Shown piece by piece: positions 63,121 to 64,000 of a DNA stretch of 64,000 nt. Both the position numbers and the translations under genes were made by a program. How positions within the stretch are numbered: the first letter of the stretch is position 1; each line of letters begins with the position of its first letter. Source of the DNA: Camelus dromedarius (taxonomy: Eukaryota); the NCBI RefSeq assembly GCF_036321535.1, contig NC_087438.1, positions 7,194,001 through 7,258,000 of the forward strand, given 5' to 3'. Below the pieces are notes generated by a model that ran no database searches, was not told the DNA's origin, and saw only the letters and a list, made by a program, of their open reading frames with translations.

Positions 63121-63906
63121 GCTGCTGAGACCTAATGTATGTCTTAGTCTCAGATGACCCCCAAACCTGAGCAGCTTAAAGCAACAAAAGGTTAGTTCCT
63201 CACTGACCTATCATGCCCAGTGTGGGTGGGGAGAGATGCTAACTCTGGTCACCTGGAGATTTAGATTGGAGACTATGTCTTGGCACGTGATTCCACAATC
63301 ATTGAGGCAAGAACTTCCGGTGTGATGAATTGTGTTCATCAGTGCCCAGAACTTCTACCTAGAAATACACATCATTATAGCTCATATTTCATTGACCAAA
63401 GCAAGTCACATGTCCATGTATTATTTCAGAGGTGGCAGGAAAGTGCAGTCCTGCCATATAACCAGAAAGTGGAAGTCAAAAATGTTTGATGACTAATGCT
63501 GCTGGTTTCTGCAGTCCCTAACAACATTAATTCCTGCCTGGTTGGATGAAGTAGGTGTGCTCATTGGGATGCATTTCAGTCTACAACTTCATTAGACCAT
63601 ATTTTAGAGAGGGAACAGTATTTTTTTTCCATATTACTACCTTTTGTCATTTGTTCTTTCTTCCCACATCTACTTAGACACTACTGTAGAAGGTCTTTCG
63701 ATTTTTCAAAATTGAAGTATCATTATTTAATGTCTTTGAATTTTTGGCAAATGCATACAGTCATTTAGCCACCATAATCAAAGGTGTAGAATAGTTCTTT
63801 CACTCCCCAAAGTATCTCCGTGCCCTTTTATGGTCAGCTCCACCCCCAGACCCTGGCAATCACTGAACTGTTTCTGTCTATAGTTTTACCTTTTCAAGAA
63901 TGTTAA

Positions 63907-63907
<1 letters not shown>

Positions 63908-63940
<33 letters not shown>

Positions 63941-63958
63941 TTATTATTATTATTTTAT
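63908..63958. repeat. (ATT)n tract, probably the patterned tail of a minus-strand L1 running off the window
   Basis: ATT repeats followed by ttgaagtata...ctggtgtacagcataa (L1 3' end). Confidence 0.8.
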
Positions 63959-64000
63959 TGAAGTATATTATAATGTGTCTGTCTCTGGTGTACAGCATAA

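Noticed and set aside
1..64000. CRISPR arrays, operons or prokaryotic defence systems
   Set aside because: The sequence is intron- and retroposon-rich mammalian DNA, with no regularly spaced repeat-spacer array or compact gene cluster

Overview
Mammalian genomic DNA, most likely a camelid (alpaca/llama/camel), judging by seven copies of a ~110-bp tRNA-derived SINE resembling Vic-1. The window covers the divergent CMBL-MARCHF6 interval. On the minus strand are CMBL coding exons at 5613-5827 and 3124-3231, plus a probable non-coding first exon/CpG-island promoter at ~17.3-17.7 kb. On the plus strand are the MARCHF6 (MARCH6) CpG-island promoter and its 19-nt first coding segment (MDTAEE, 53045-53063); the rest of both genes lies outside the window. 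MARCHF6 intron 1 holds a 3'-truncated Tigger1 and a processed RPS15A pseudogene. Most remaining sequence is L1, L2, MaLR/ERV LTR, SINE and DNA-transposon relics, often nested. There are no CRISPR arrays, rRNA or true tRNA genes, and I see no clearly novel protein-coding system. The best unexplained signals are regulatory: an RFX X-box-flanked CpG-rich promoter-like element at ~40.2-40.6 kb with a possible downstream spliced small-ORF transcript, an HNF1/ARE/MARE/NR5A motif cluster ~3 kb upstream of CMBL, and an orphan CpG island at ~34.6-35.5 kb. Repeat family names and orthologue comparisons are from recollection and need RepeatMasker/Dfam and alignment confirmation; repeat boundaries without stated TSDs are approximate.
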